In this document: positions 49,000-62,898 of the stretch, in pieces | Numbering within the stretch: the first letter of the stretch is position 1 | Layout of the letters: each line of letters starts with the position of its first letter | NCBI GenBank assembly: GCA_052327205.1 | Contig: CM126204.1 | Coordinates: forward strand, 142,786,001 to 142,850,000 | Source of the DNA: Somniosus microcephalus | Lineage: Eukaryota | Reading direction: 5' to 3' | DNA: 64,000 nt | Made by a program: the position numbers and the translations under genes | The notes under the pieces: model-generated | What the model saw: only the letters and a program-made list of their open reading frames with translations | The model's database searches: none | What the model was told of the DNA's origin: nothing

Positions 49000-51760
49000 C
49001 TATCTATTTCTGTTTTAAATTTATTTAATGATGTAGCTTCCACAGCTTTCTGGGGCAGCAAATTCCACAAACCTACCACCCTCTGAGTGAAGAAGTTTCT
49101 CCTCATCTCAGTTTTGTAAGAGCAGCCCCTTATTTTAAGATTATGCCCCCTAGTTCTAGTTTCACCCATCATTGGGAATATCCTCACCGCATCCACCCGA
49201 TCAAGCCCCTTCACAATCTTATATGTTTCAATAAGATCGCCTCTCATTCTTCTGAACTCCAATGAGTAGAGTCCCAATCTACTCAACCTCTCCTCATATG
49301 ACCACCCCCTCATCCCCGGGAATAACCGAGTGAACCTTCTTTGTACTGACTCGAGAGCAAGTATGTCTTTTCTTAAGTATGGACACCAAAACTGTATGTA
49401 GTATTCCAGGTGCGGTCTCACCAATACCTTGTATAACTGCAGCAATACCTCCCTGTTTTTATATTCTATCCCCCTCGCAATAAAAGCCAACATTCCATTG
49501 GCCTTCTTGATCACTTGCTGCACCTGCATACTAACTTTTTGAGTTTCGTGCACCAGGACCCCCAGATCCCTTTGTACAACAGTACTTTCCAGTTTCTTGC
49601 CATTAAGATAATAACTTGCTCTATGATTTTTCCTGCCAAAGTGCCTAACCTCACACTTTCCAGTATTGTATTCCATCTGCCAAATCTCTGCCCACTTACT
49701 TAGCCTGTCTATGTCACTTTGCAGGTTTTTTATGTCCTCCTCACTCACTACTTTCCCTCCCATCTTTGTATCATCTGCAAACTTTGATATGTTACACTCG
49801 GTCCCCTCCTCCAAATCGTTAATATAGATTGTAAAGAGTTGGGGACCCAGCTCTGATCCCTGCGGAACACCACTAGTTACTGATTGCCAGTCTGAGAAGG
49901 AACCATTTATCCCAACTCTCTGCTTTCTGTTAGAGAGCCAATTCTCCACCCACGCCAGAATATTACCCCCAATCCCGTGATTTTTTATCTTGAGCAATAA
50001 TCTTTTGTGTGGCACCTTGTCAAATGCCTTTTGGAAGTCTAAATACACTACGTCCACTGGTTCTCCTTTATCCACCCTGTATGTTACTTCCTCAAAGAAC
50101 TGAAGCAAATTTGTCAAACATGACTTCCCCTTCATAAAACCATGCTGACTTTGTCCTATTAAATTATGTTTATCCAAATGTCCCGTTACTGTCTCCTTAG
50201 TAATGGACTCTAACATTTTACCAACCACAGATGTTAGGCTAACAGGTCTATAGTTTCCAGCCTTCTGCCTACTACCCTTTTTAAATAAGGGTGTTACATT
50301 AGCAGTTTTCCAATCTGCTGGGACCTTTGCTGAGTCCAGGGAGTTTTGGAAAATTATTACCAATGCATCCACAATCCCTACCGCCACTTCCCTCAAGACC
50401 CTAGGATATAAGCCATCAGGTCCAAGGGATTTATCCGGCTTAAGTCCCATTATTTTACCAAGTACCACTTCCTTAGTGATTTTAATCGTATTTAGCTCCT
50501 CTCCCCCTAGAGCCCCCTGTTTGTCCAGTGTTGGGATATTCTTAGTGTCCTCTACTGTAAAGACTGATACAAAATATTTGTTCAGCGTTTTTGCCATCTC
50601 CATGTTTCCCACCATTAATTTCCCAGTCTCATCCTCTAAGGGACCAACATTTACTTTAGCCACCCTTTTTCTTTTTATATAACTATAGAAACTTTTGCTA
50701 TCCGTTTTTATATTTTTTGCTAATTTACTTTCATAATCTATCTTCCCTTTCTTAATCAATCTTTCAGTTATTTTTTGCTGTCTTTTAAAGACTTCCCAAT
50801 CTTCTATCCTCCCACTAGATTTGGCTACCTTATATGCCCTTGTTTTTAGTCGGATACTATCCTTAATTACTTTACTTAGCCACGGATGCCTATCTTTTCT
50901 TTTACACCCTTTTTTCCTCGGTGGAATATATATTTTTTGGAAGTTGTAAAATAACTCCTTAAATGTACACCACTGATCATGTACCGTCTTACCCTTTAAT
51001 CTATTTTCCCAGTCCACTCTAATCAATTCCGCTCTCATACCTTCATAGTCTCCTTTGTTCAAGCTCAGCACGCTTGTTTGAGATCCAACCTTCTCACCCT
51101 CTACTTGAATATGGAATTCAACCATGTTATGGTCACTCATTCCAAGGGGATCCTTTACTAGGACATTTTTAATTAATCCTGTCTCATTACACAGGACCAA
51201 ATCTAAGATTGCTTGCCCCCTGGTCGGTTCAGTTACATACTGCTCAAGAAACCCATCCCTAATACACTCAATGAACTCATCCTCAAGGCTGCTCTGCCCA
51301 ATTTGATTTGTCCAGTTAATATGATAGTTAAAATCCCCCATAATTATAGCTGTTCCCTTATTACAAGCCTCAACTATTTCCTGATTAATACACCGTCCAA
51401 CAGAGTTGCAACTGTTCGGAGGCCTATAGACTACGCCCACTAGTGTTTTTTCCCCTTATTATTCCTTATCTCTACCCAAACTGTTTCACTATCCTGCTCC
51501 TTTGACCCAATATCATTTCTCTGTATTATTATAGTGATTCCTTCCTTTATTAACATAGCCACCCCACCTCCCCTCCCTTCCTGATTGTTAAATAACCTGG
51601 TATGTTTAATTCCCAGTCATGGTCACCCTGCAGCCATGTTTCTGTAATGGCCACAAGATCATACCCATATGTAGTTATTTGTGCTGTTAACTGATTCATT
51701 TTGTTACGAATGCTACGTGCATTCAGATAAAGAACTTTCAAATATGTTTTGTGACACTTA
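49000..51760 (-). pseudogene. CR1 ORF2 (APE endonuclease + RT), frameshifted near 51560-51590 and truncated by the LTR insertion
   Basis: LYLNARSIRNK, ITETWL, GDFN, SDHN, QHGF, PQGS, FADD. Confidence 0.9.
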
Positions 51761-51920
51761 GTTCCTGTTTTTTCCCCTTTTACTACTTTACCTTTTACTC
51801 CATAACTTCTGTCCCTTCCTGACATGTTCTGTTTTTTAATTTCCCCACTGCTACCTAAGTCTATGACCTTCTCCGTTGTCATTTCTGTTATTTGCTCTCT
51901 AGAAACCTCCCCCCCACTAA

Positions 51921-52877
51921 TTAGTTTAAAGCCCTCTCTACAGCCCTAGTTATATGATTTGCCAGGACTCTAGTCCCAGCACTGGCCAAGTGGAGTCCGT
52001 CCCAACGGAACAGCTCCCTCCTGTCCCAGTACTGGTGCCAGTGTCCCAAGAAGCAAAACCCATTTCTCCCACACCAGTCTTTGAGCCACGCATTTAACTC
52101 TTTTATTTTATTTATCCTAGCCAAATTCGCTCGTGGCTCAGGTAATAACCCAGAGATTATTACCCTTGAGGTTCTGTTTTTTAATTTGACCCCTAGCTGC
52201 TCATACTCCTTTAACAGAACCTTCTTCCTTGTCCTATCTACGTCGTTTGTACCAACATGGACCATGACAACTGGATCCTCCCCCTCCCACTCCAAGTTTC
52301 TTTCCAGCCCAGAAGAGATGTCCTTAACCCTGGCACCGGGCAGGCAACACAGCCTTCGGGACTCCCGCTCTTGACTGCAGAGAACCCTATCTATCCCCCG
52401 AATGATACTATCCCCTACCACTACAACATTTCTTTTTACTCCCTCCAATTGAATGGCCCCCCGTACCATGGTGCTGTGGCCAGGTTGCTCATCCTCCCTG
52501 CAGTCCCCACTCCTGCCCTCACAGGGAGTAAGAACCTCAATCCTGCTTGACAAGAGCAAGGGCTGCAGCTCCTTCAACGCTACATTCTGGATCCCTGTAC
52601 CTTCCTCACTCGTAGTCACACCGTCCTGTCCCTGACCACGGACTACATCTGCAGTAATTAATTTCATAGGTGTGACCACCTCCTGAAACATAGAGTCCAG
52701 GAACTTCTCCCCCTCCCTGATGTGTCGCAGTGTCTGAAGCTCGGTCTCAAGCTCTTTGACATGGAGCTTGAGTTCCTCTAGCAGCAAACACTTATCACAA
52801 ATGTAATCACCGTGAGCCTCAATGGGGTCCACCAGCTCCCACATTTCGCAACAGTGACACATCACCTGTTCACCCAT
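51921..52877 (-). CDS. CR1 ORF1p (zinc finger, coiled coil, SGNH esterase-like)
   Basis: CHCCEMW..CDKC, VVVGDSIIR, CLPGA, HVGTND, WDGLHL. Confidence 0.9.
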   Translation of the reverse strand: MGEQVMCHCCEMWELVDPIEAHGDYICDKCLLLEELKLHVKELETELQTLRHIREGEKFLDSMFQEVVTPMKLITADVVRGQGQDGVTTSEEGTGIQNVALKELQPLLLSSRIEVLTPCEGRSGDCREDEQPGHSTMVRGAIQLEGVKRNVVVVGDSIIRGIDRVLCSQERESRRLCCLPGARVKDISSGLERNLEWEGEDPVVMVHVGTNDVDRTRKKVLLKEYEQLGVKLKNRTSRVIISGLLPEPRANLARINKIKELNAWLKDWCGRNGFCFLGHWHQYWDRRELFRWDGLHLASAGTRVLANHITRAVERALN

Positions 52878-53714
52878 ATCTGTGTAATTAATTAAATTTC
52901 TTATTATTAGTTATGAAGACCCTCTGCCCCGATATAGATGATAATATTACACCACTATTTAATAGGACTTACCAACTTAAAGGTATAGAAGAGAAGGAAG
53001 AGAGCCTACCAACCAGCTGATCACCAACCTCCCTCGTGGAAGCTGTCTGGGGGACCTGTCTGGTTGCATTGTCTCACTGCTCCACGTCCGCAGTGTTGGA
53101 TTAGCCTGAGAAAGGGAAGCAAAACAGAGCAACAAGCACCCCCTCACCTCCCACTTGCCCGAAAGCCCGCCCCTTTTTATACCTGGATTCTACTTCCGGT
53201 TTCAACTCCCCAACAACTTAATTTACTCTAAAAAATTAAACTTACTTCAAATAATTCACTTTTTTACTCACTAAAATTCAGTAAATGCACTTAAAAGACT
53301 TTTTCTGCCACTTACCAAAGTCTGCTTAAACTTAATGCGACGCCGTATCTGAGCTGCTGGCTTCCCGCGCTCTGCGTCGCCTGCTGCGCGCGCACCCTGT
53401 GCATGTCCCGTGACCCTCGCGGCCAATGCCGTTGCCCCAGGGTAACGTGACGGGGGGGACTGGGGGGGGAGGAGCTTACAGAAGCCGTGGGACAATTACC
53501 TAGCTCGGGCGTGGCTGGGCAGGAGAGGCCCAGGCTTTGAGGCCTAGGTTTTGAGGCCTTACAAAAACAGGGAAAGGTAGGAAAAAGAATCATCAGGTTA
53601 GAGAAAATATTTACAAATGAATGAATTTTTTTTTTAAACAATTTAATAAAAGCAATTTTTTTTTGCTGGAAATGTAGATTTGAAAAGAAACACGCAGAAA
53701 GCGGGAAAAAGAAT

Positions 53715-53975
53715 GGAATCAAGATGGCGGCCACTCACCTCGGTTCAGAACGATAAGGCCCGCCCACACACGCACCGATTGGTCAATCGTCCTGTCACTC
53801 GACTCTAGGAGGGCCCGCACGCGCGACGAACCCGCCCCTGCCACGCAGCAATTGGTCGACCATCGGGTCGCTGGACCGGACGATTGGTCTACCTTCGCGT
53901 CACTCGATGCTAATGAGCGGATAATGAGCGGAATTTTGAACGTTTTTTGGATACCGCGGACGCCATTTTTGTCTC
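53715..53975 (-). promoter_or_regulatory. CpG-rich promoter-like block with splice donor inside the Helitron
   Basis: Three CCAAT boxes (53778, 53851, 53883), GC boxes (53759, 53831), YY1-like sites (53721, 53961), donor GAG|gtgagt at 53739/53738. Confidence 0.45.
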
Positions 53976-54329
53976 GCCGAAACGTAAATATGCTTATGAC
54001 CGTTCCGGAATCGTAAGCTTTCTTTTGATGTAACGCACATGTAGGTATGCTCTATAACTTTAGAGTGTATAGCCGGACAGACAGACGGAAGGACAGACAG
54101 ACAGATCGATCCTTTTATATATATATATAGATAGAATAGATAGATAGATAGATAGATTGTATAACTTTCCATGTAATGCGCCAGAGATCAAACATTGGTG
54201 TATACATACATATATTTTGAGATGGTGTGTTCTGCCTTTTGTCTCAGGATCATAATGGGAAAAAAAAGTTTAATTGGTGTTAAATAAAATATTGTTATAC
54301 TGAATTGTCTCAAATGTTAAAATACAAAC

Positions 54330-54494
54330 CTTTTTAAACACAATAGGCTCATCTTCCCAGACTGGATTCACCGCATTGTTTTGTGAAGTTTTTGTTTTGA
54401 AAGCTTTCCGTCTCGTGTCCACAGGTAGACCAAACATGTCTATCTCCACATAGGTCCCAACTTTCTTGTCAGAAAGAAATTGGCCAGAGAGTAC
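54330..54494 (-). CDS. PLCB1: PLCB1 coding exon, C2 domain (165 bp)
   Basis: ctcag|GTAC...AAAG|gtttgt. Encodes [55 protein letters not shown]. Confidence 0.95.
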
Positions 54495-57400
54495 CTGAGG
54501 GAAACAACAAAAAAGTCTTAATAGAGATCTAACATTTGTTACCTTGAGTAAAGGAAGAATGGTTATTAGACATTGAATTCAGGTGCGCTCCAACTAGCTC
54601 AGTTAAGCTAAACAGTGAAACCACAAGATTCAAGAGAGGCGCCCACATAAAGGAAGATCACTGCTAGCTGAAAGATTTTTGCCTGTGAAGATCGCCTTTC
54701 AATCTACATCGTCAGTTCTTTTAACCAGAGAATCATAGATGAGAAAAAAAAGACTTGCATTTATATAGCGCCCTTAACGACCTCAGGACATTTACAGACA
54801 ATGAAGTATAGTCACTCTTGTAATGAGGGAAACACAGCAGCCAATTTGCGCACAGCAATGTGATAAATGACTAGATAATGGGGCAGATTTTATGGTGGGT
54901 ATTTCCTATATCCCAAACTTGCGATCCGTCAAGGTACGCCTTGATCCACACCGACGGGGAAATACTCATTGCTGGAGCAGAGTTGGGCTATTTGCCCACC
55001 AACTGCCCAGCAATTACATCTGAAAATTTTATGGTTAGTGAAAGCAGGCGCAGGAGCCTGTTTCACTGTGAAAGGAACCCATTTGAGTGTGTCGGAAAGG
55101 ATTGTTAACCATTCTGGTATCACTTCACAATAAAATACATGTACTTAGTGGCAACATTTTCAAAAACATAAAATATGACAATTAATATTTAAAATTATCA
55201 ATGTTTTCTGCACTCCAATTGTATGATTCTCAGTATGAAATATAAATAACGTAACGTTTAATACACTTCCCATGTAATAGAAACTGTGCTGCCTGTATGT
55301 CTTTACTGAGGAAAGAGTGAATGAAGTGACCTGACAACAGCAGTTTACATTGATTAACCAGTGTATATGTTTCCAGCAACCTGTTATTAAGAGCATGGCC
55401 AGAATTTTCTGGAGGAAGGAGGGTTGGGAGCGGGGGTGGGGGTGCCCCGAGACAGTCAGGAAACCTGGGAGGCTGGGTTTCCCGCAGGCTCTGCCGACTT
55501 TAACGGCAGGGCCTGATTTGCATGCAAGGCCTCAGTTTCCCGCCCGTAGCCAGCCAGATTGAGAGGCTGGCTGGCTGGAGGCAGGAAGGTCTTCGACTGG
55601 ACAAAGGAGGGAGGGAGAGTTCGTGTGAGGGCCAGGCCATTAAATGGATCGGGGGGTGGGGGATGAAGAGAGGTCTGGGGATCGGGGCAGAGCAGAGGAT
55701 CGGTGGGGTGGGGAGAGGGAGGATTTGGGCCCTGGCACCGGAGGATCGTGGCTGGCTTCAGCATCATTGTTGGGGGGGGGAGGGGTGATCGGAGGTCTCA
55801 TGAGGGGGTCTCTGGTCGCGGGGGGAGGGGGGTGGGTTAGGTAGGGACCCTGGACCCAGGAGATAGGTATAAAAGCCACATACCTCCTGGATGCAGCCTC
55901 GCTTTAACTGCCGGGTTTCACGAATTGTGTGAAACCCGTCCACATGCAGTTAAAAACAAAATGGAGGTTAAAAAAGAGGCTTCCAGCCTCATTATTATAA
56001 TATATAAAGTGGGAGTGGGTTGGCTGCCCTCTGCCCTCCCTCGCGCCCCCGGCCCACCTCCATTAAAACTGGAAGTGCGCGGTTTGGAGGCGGGATCAGG
56101 TCGGGAATCCCATTTTTAACAATTTAACTGCCCCCACGCTCTAAACCCACCTGTTTTTTTAGGTTTAAATCTTTTGCAAAGGAAGGCTGTGATAGAATGG
56201 AGCCTGCCTGGCAGGAACCTGAGCACAAACTAACAGCCAGTAGAATTGGCAGCAGAAACCAGCTAAAAGGCCAAACGGCTAAACGATTTATTTCACTTTA
56301 GTAAACGGTCAAAGGATGAGAATCATTCCCTTGCCCTTAAATTTTTTTTTAACCTTCAAGTGGAAAAGAGATGCCAAATTATTGTTGGTATTTTGTTACA
56401 TAATTTTAACAAAATGCTGATGTATGAAATAAGTCCAAGTTCCAGTTTAATTAAAAGTTTTTAAAAAAGTTTTTAGAAGTTTTTAAAAGTTTTTAAAATG
56501 TAATTTCAATGGAAGAGACTGAGAGAAGTTTCTGTGGGTGTGGCTTAGGTTTGACAGATTTTGTGGGCGTGTCTTGCCGTATGCATTTGCTGTACGCTGC
56601 GCTCCTGGCCTTCGTGATGTAATAGACCGCGCACAACTCTGCAGCGTCGAAGAGCAAGTCTCCGTTCTGGGCCTCGCACAAGGTAACTTCGTATTCTTTT
56701 CGTAGGCCAGCGGCATACTCTGTAGCCAATCTGTTTTAGTAGCGTTTGTTGAGGGATAAATATTGGCCAGGACACCGGGGAGAACTCCCCTGCTCTTCTT
56801 CGAATAGTGCCATAGGATCTTTTACGTCCACCTGAGAGAGCAGATGTGGCCTCGGTTAAATGTCTCATCTGGAAGGCAGCATCTCCAACAGGGGTCGGGG
56901 GTTGGAGTTCGGACCCCCCGGTTCTGGAAGATCAACCCCCCACCCTGGGGAATTGCGACTCCGGGTCGGGGGACAGACCCCCCTCCCCCCCAGGCCTGGA
57001 ACATCCACCCCCTGGGGATTGCGACTCCGGGGTTGGGGATTGGACTCCTCATCCACGGCTTATAATCCCCCTCCAACCATCTTGGGCGCAGCACCTACCT
57101 GATCCTGTGGCACCCTTGTCCGCGTTCCCCGCATGACTGGAAGCCAGCCAGTCACTCAGGCTGACTTCCAGGCGGGGAACCCGTCCTTTACATCACGTGC
57201 ATGCTGTGGAATTATCTCCACAGCATGCCAGGAAACCTGAACTTCCAGGTGTCTCACCGTCTCCTGGGTCACCCGCACCATGTGAGTGGGACCCGAGAAA
57301 ATCCACCCCATCTGATGTGCTGTGGATGTGGTCTAGCACAAGTATCATTCATGTTGGACTCTGCAATTGTCTGTCCTTTTCACCTCTCATACTTCTGATC

Positions 57401-57759
57401 TTTCAAGTTGCTAAACTTAACACCCCCCCATCCAACATGCCATGTGGAATACAATGAATGAGAAATCTATGGCCAGAATCTTCTCAGAGCTGCTCCCTCG
57501 CCATCACCACAACTTGGCCAGAAGTGCGACAGAAACCGCACATAAATTTCAGGCCTATATTTCTTCCCCATAGCCCTAGGGGATGAAATTGGTCTTTTGC
57601 GAATCGGCAGCCCTAGTGACCGGCCGCCCGCTTTTCAAAATCAGACACGGTGTAAGACAGGCTGCCAATTCACTATCGCACTTTCGTCGAGAACCAACTG
57701 CGCTCTCACAACATTATAAACACCTCTTAAAATCATGATCAAAAGTGAGAGTTTCGCAC

Positions 57760-57914
57760 CTTTACTGAAAGGGTGTTGGCCACGATTCCATCGACGGTGC
57801 TTTCAGTGAAAGGGTCAAAGTGCTTATCTGTTCGTCTCATGAACTCTGGTTTCAGGCGGAAGCCACTTTTCCCATTGTGTTCAAACATCCCCATGTTCAG
57901 TTGCATAGACAGGT
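57760..57914 (-). CDS. PLCB1: PLCB1 coding exon, end of Y box to start of C2 (155 bp)
   Basis: ctcag|ACCT...AAAG|gtgcga. Encodes (D)[51 protein letters not shown]; phase matches the previous exon; closest to recalled PLCB1. Confidence 0.95.
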
Positions 57915-59553
57915 CTGAGTAAAATAAAGACGTTTGTTACTTATCATATTTTTGCTTTTACCTTTTTGGTGTAAACAGCATATCGTCTTGATACAAAAAT
58001 AATAAAAGAAAGAGAATTCAGCTCAGGACTTTCACCGTAACTATGGGAATTGGGACCTGTCAACATTTTGTTATGACAAAAAAAGCTAGTGATGATTTAC
58101 ACCTTTTTTATCCTTTCATTTTTCTCCCTCCTCTCCTGAATACAGTGATTCATGGAATGACTTTCCATGAGCAGCATAGACATTCTGGTATCTCACCCAA
58201 GCACCTATCCTTCACATGGCAGCCTTGATAGTGTGTGTCATCAGGCAACATCATCACACACGTGTACATGTGTGCAGCGCACTTTATATTGGTGTCATTC
58301 GGTCACAATCAGGAGTGGAAGCACATTAGCCGATCTTTTTTAATCTCTTCCCTTCTTAGGCTAGCAACACTAAGGTCAACTCTGGTGAGATTAACTAACT
58401 CAGCACAAAGAAGCATGGCCTATCTGGAATCCACTATCTGAAAGGGTGGTGGAAGCAGATTCAATAATAACTTTCAAAAGGGAATTGGATAAATACTTGA
58501 AGTGGGGGGTGGGGGTGGGGCGAATTTGCAGGGCTATGGGGAAGGAGCAGGGGGAGTGGGGTAGTTGGTTAGCTCTTTCAAAGAGCCGGTACAGGCACAA
58601 TGGGCCAAATGGCCTCCTTCTGTGCTGTATCATTCTATGATTCTATGAATTCCACACCAGACTATTTTGATAGTCTAGGTTAAATATTCAATGTAAAGAA
58701 ATCCTATTTATCTTATTTGGCTTTGAAGAAGCTGTATTTGTAATTTGTTTTATAACTAAAAGATAAGTGTATTGTACGCTCATCTTCCTTAAGGGTCTTT
58801 TTAAAAATTACGTCGTGTAGTCAACCCAGCCACCCAGTTGCTAAATTATGGAATGGGGGGAGGCAACATGAGTATTGATCCGCTTCTAATAACTTCTCCT
58901 AAACATTTTAAATACTTCAGCTTTGATTTGACAGCCTGATGGTTAAATTGTAATGTTAGTGATTCTACCCCAAACAATGCCAAACTAATGCACCAGGCTC
59001 CATGAACTTAACTTTAATCCATCTTTACAAACATGAAAGGCTTGCAGGGCAATTTAATGAGTATTCACGCCTGGGGTGCACGCAGCAGTCGCTTCAGGGC
59101 TGCGGTACTGTTGCCCAACATTTCCGATGCACTCGTTGCTGACAAGATTCCTCATGGGGGGGGCGAAGCCTCAGAAAATGACCCCGCCCCATTAATTAAT
59201 CTTTAAAAGGCTTGATTCCGCTCAGTTGCTTCATTTTTTGTGTAACTGAATCCTCTACACAGTGCTACATAAGAAATAGGAGCAGGATTAGGCCATACGT
59301 TCCCTCGAGCCTGTTCCTCCATTCAATAGGATCATGGCTGATCTTGTACCTCAACTCCACTTTCCCGCCCTATCCCCATATCTCTTGATTCCCTTAGTGC
59401 CGAATAATCTATCGATCTCAGTCTTGAATATACTCAACAACTGAGCCTCCACAGCCCTCTGGGGTAGGGAATTCCAAAGATTCACCACCCTTTGAGTGAA
59501 GAAATTTCTCCTCATCTCAGTCCTAAATGGCCGACCCCTTATCCTGAGACTAT

Positions 59554-60380
59554 GGGCTGGATTTTCATTCAGAAGTCAGGACTACAACTTTCGGGGTTGT
59601 AGTCCTGCCTCCATCGAGATGCGGCCAATCCACGCGATTTTCACTTGCTTGACCTTGTTGAGCCCGCCTGGGCTCAGCAGGCCAATTAGGGCCACCTGGC
59701 AACAGGTGACGTCACAGACTGAAATTTCATCTGTCAAGACGTGTTGACAGATGAAATATCAGTGTTTCACAGCTGCTTGAAGCTGTCAAACACTGACAGT
59801 CTTACTTCTAACCTGAGTCCTTCTACGCAGACTCAGTTAGAAATCTCACCGGCACTGAAAGCTGCAGGCTGTCACTTTTGACAGATCGCAGCCATTCTGC
59901 TTTCTGTGCCGGCTGAATGATGGACCCCCGAAGCCTAGAGGAAGGAAGGCTGTAAAGGTAAGTACAGGTAATTTAAACTTCTTTACACACTTTAGACACA
60001 CCAAACACACTTACCTTTGTACTCATGCACCCATCACTCACCTGAACACTGACATCTCGACCCCTCCAAATCCTTCAACCCGACGGCTCGACTCCTCTAA
60101 CCTGGCGTGGTTTGGAGCCGTCAGGAATCCCACACGACAACCTTCAAAATAGGGATTAGGCTAAAAACTGCCTGTTAACTGCCTGTTAACAGGCAGTTAA
60201 TTGGCACTAATCCCTTCCCGCCTTGGGTCGGCGGGTCCCAGTGCGGGGTGGGTACCCGCCTCCTTTGAAACTTACATGGAGGCGGGTTTTGGGCGGGATG
60301 GTGTCGGGACCCCCGAATTCGGGACTTTAACCCCCCGCACGCCTAAAGGCCTGCCTCACGGCACACTGAAAATCGACCCC
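59554..60380. mobile_element. Harbinger-type MITE in a CR1 fragment
   Basis: TIR gggctggattttca / tgaaaatcgacccc; TSD TAT. Confidence 0.8.
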
Positions 60381-60664
60381 TATGACTCCTGGTTCTAGAC
60401 TCTCCAGCCAGGGGAAGCATCCTTCCTCCATCTACCCTGTCAATCTCCCTCAGAATCTTATATGTTTCAATGAGATCACCTCTCATTCCTCGAAACTCCA
60501 GAGAGTATAGGCCCATTCTCCTCAATCTGTACTCACAGGACAGTCCTCTCATCCCAGAAATCAATCTATATTAAGAGAAAGAGAGTGGTAAAGGGGAATA
60601 TGGGCCCATTAAAGTAGATGCTGGCGAGCCGTTAATGGACAATAAGGGAATGGCAGAATTTTTA

Positions 60665-60988
<324 letters not shown>

Positions 60989-62433
60989 CTAAGGCAAAGT
61001 AAACAGAATGAAGGACTCGTATATTTTTCCGATGGAAGCATAAACGATACTACAAATACAATCACCATGAAAGGAACCAGAGGAATGGGCTGTTACATAG
61101 AAACATAGGAACAGGAGTAGACCATTGAGCTCCTCCAGCCTGTTCCGCCATTCAGTGAGATCATGGCTGATCTGTACCCTAACTCCATCCTTCGGCCTTG
61201 GCTAGCAAAAATCTATTGATCTGAGATTAAAATCATGAATTGAGCTAGCACCAACTGCTTTTTGTGGGAGAGAGTTCCACACTTCTACCACCCTTTGCAT
61301 GTAACAGTGTTTCCTAACTTCTCCCCTGAATGGCCTGGCTCTGATTTTAAAGTCATGTCCCCTTGTCCTAGACTCCCCCCACCAGCAGAAACAGTTTCTC
61401 TCTAACTAGCCTATCAATTCCTTTTAAAATCCTAAAAACCTCAATCAAATCACCCCTTAACTTTCAATATTCCAGTGAATACAAGCCTAGTTTATGTAAT
61501 CTCGCCTCATAATCTAACCCTTGGAGCCCTTGTAACATTCAAGTGAATCTGCACTGCACTCCTTCCCAGGCCAGTATATCCTAACCCTGTTAACCTCCCA
61601 TCATAAGGTAATCATCTACAACAACAACTTGCATTTATATAGCACCTTTAACGTATCAAGACGCTTCACAGGAGCATTATCAAACAAAATTTGCCACCTA
61701 GCCATATAAGGAGATATTAGGACAGGTGGAGATATAGGTTTTAAGGAGCTTCTTAAAGGAGGAGAGAGCGGTAGAGAGGCAGAGAGCTTTAGGGAGGGAA
61801 TTCCAGAGCTTAGGGCCTCGGCAGCTAAAGACACAGCCACCAATGGTGGAGCGATTAAAATCAGGGATGCGCAAGAGGCCAGAATATAATACTCTAACGC
61901 CAAGTTCTCCCATGCAGTACTGCAAGGAGGAGAACTGTTGAGGTGGCGATGGCTGGCATTGGGCACTGTATAAATAGTGGCAAAGCAGGTGAGCTTGCTA
62001 CATGTTCAACAAATCTCAGTCAGTGCACTGTCTGAACATCAGTGAATCACATGAATGGCACAATCGCAAGGAAGATGACAACCGGATTACTTAGAACATT
62101 CTCCCTCACACGGTTGAAAATCATGCCCGGTTGAAGCAATGAAGCTTCCAAAAGAGTATTTATCTCAATAACTATGGTTCCTATACCAAAACAGTAAAAC
62201 GGGCACAGTAAAATACTTGACGGTCGGAAAACCAAAACAAGTCGGACTCAGGAAACTTGCCACAGCAAGAAAATGAAATGCCTCTGAAAAAACTCCACCT
62301 CGTCGTAACATTTCGTTTTTTAAGAGCATCATCTTATTTTTGGAAAAGGCAAAATACTGCGGAAGCTGGAAATCTGAAATATAAACAGAAAATGCTGGAA
62401 ATACTCATCTGTGGAGAGAGAAACAGAAGTAAT

Positions 62434-62898
62434 GGGGGAATTTTAACATGAAAAAACAGGTGGGTTGGGGGGGGGGGGTGGTGAAGTTAACGTGTTATAA
62501 ATCAAAATCCCAACCCCAACCCGCCTGTAACCCGCCCAGTTTCAGCTTTTACTCAGGCGGGATGGCTGGTGGGGGGGGCGGGCACACAGCCACCCCGCTG
62601 CCAGAAGGCAGGTTAGTATTTTAAATAGGACAATGAGGCCCTGCAGCCTCTGCATTAACCCGCTGTGCAGGTGTAACTGTGGCCAACCAGGGATCCCGGG
62701 GCTTGGGATTCCTGGGAGTTGCAGCGAAGTGAGCAGAGCCTCAGGGAGCAATCCCTGTGGGCCGGGAGCAGCAGGAGTGCTTTCTCCTGGGCCCCCAAAG
62801 CTCACCCACCATCAACCCACTCCCAACAAACAATACCACCTCCCACCCGTGGTTGGGGGTTCGGAACCCCTGTGGATCGAAACTTCAAAATCCTGGCC
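62434..62898. mobile_element. Harbinger-type MITE in a Penelope fragment
   Basis: Ends gggggaatttt / aaaatcctggcc; TSD AAT. Confidence 0.7.

Larger units (their letters stand above)
43757..53300 (-). mobile_element. Near full-length CR1 LINE (5' limit approximate), interrupted at 44254-48999
   Basis: ORF1, ORF2 and 3' UTR in order; ORF2 resumes after the LTR element and stops at 44191. Confidence 0.9.
42996..54131 (-). mobile_element. Non-autonomous Helitron hosting a CR1 and the chimeric LTR element
   Basis: 5' a|TCTATATATA..(TGTC)n; 3' hairpin GCCTCGGCACCACCGGGC then CTAG|t; no TSD. Confidence 0.7.
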
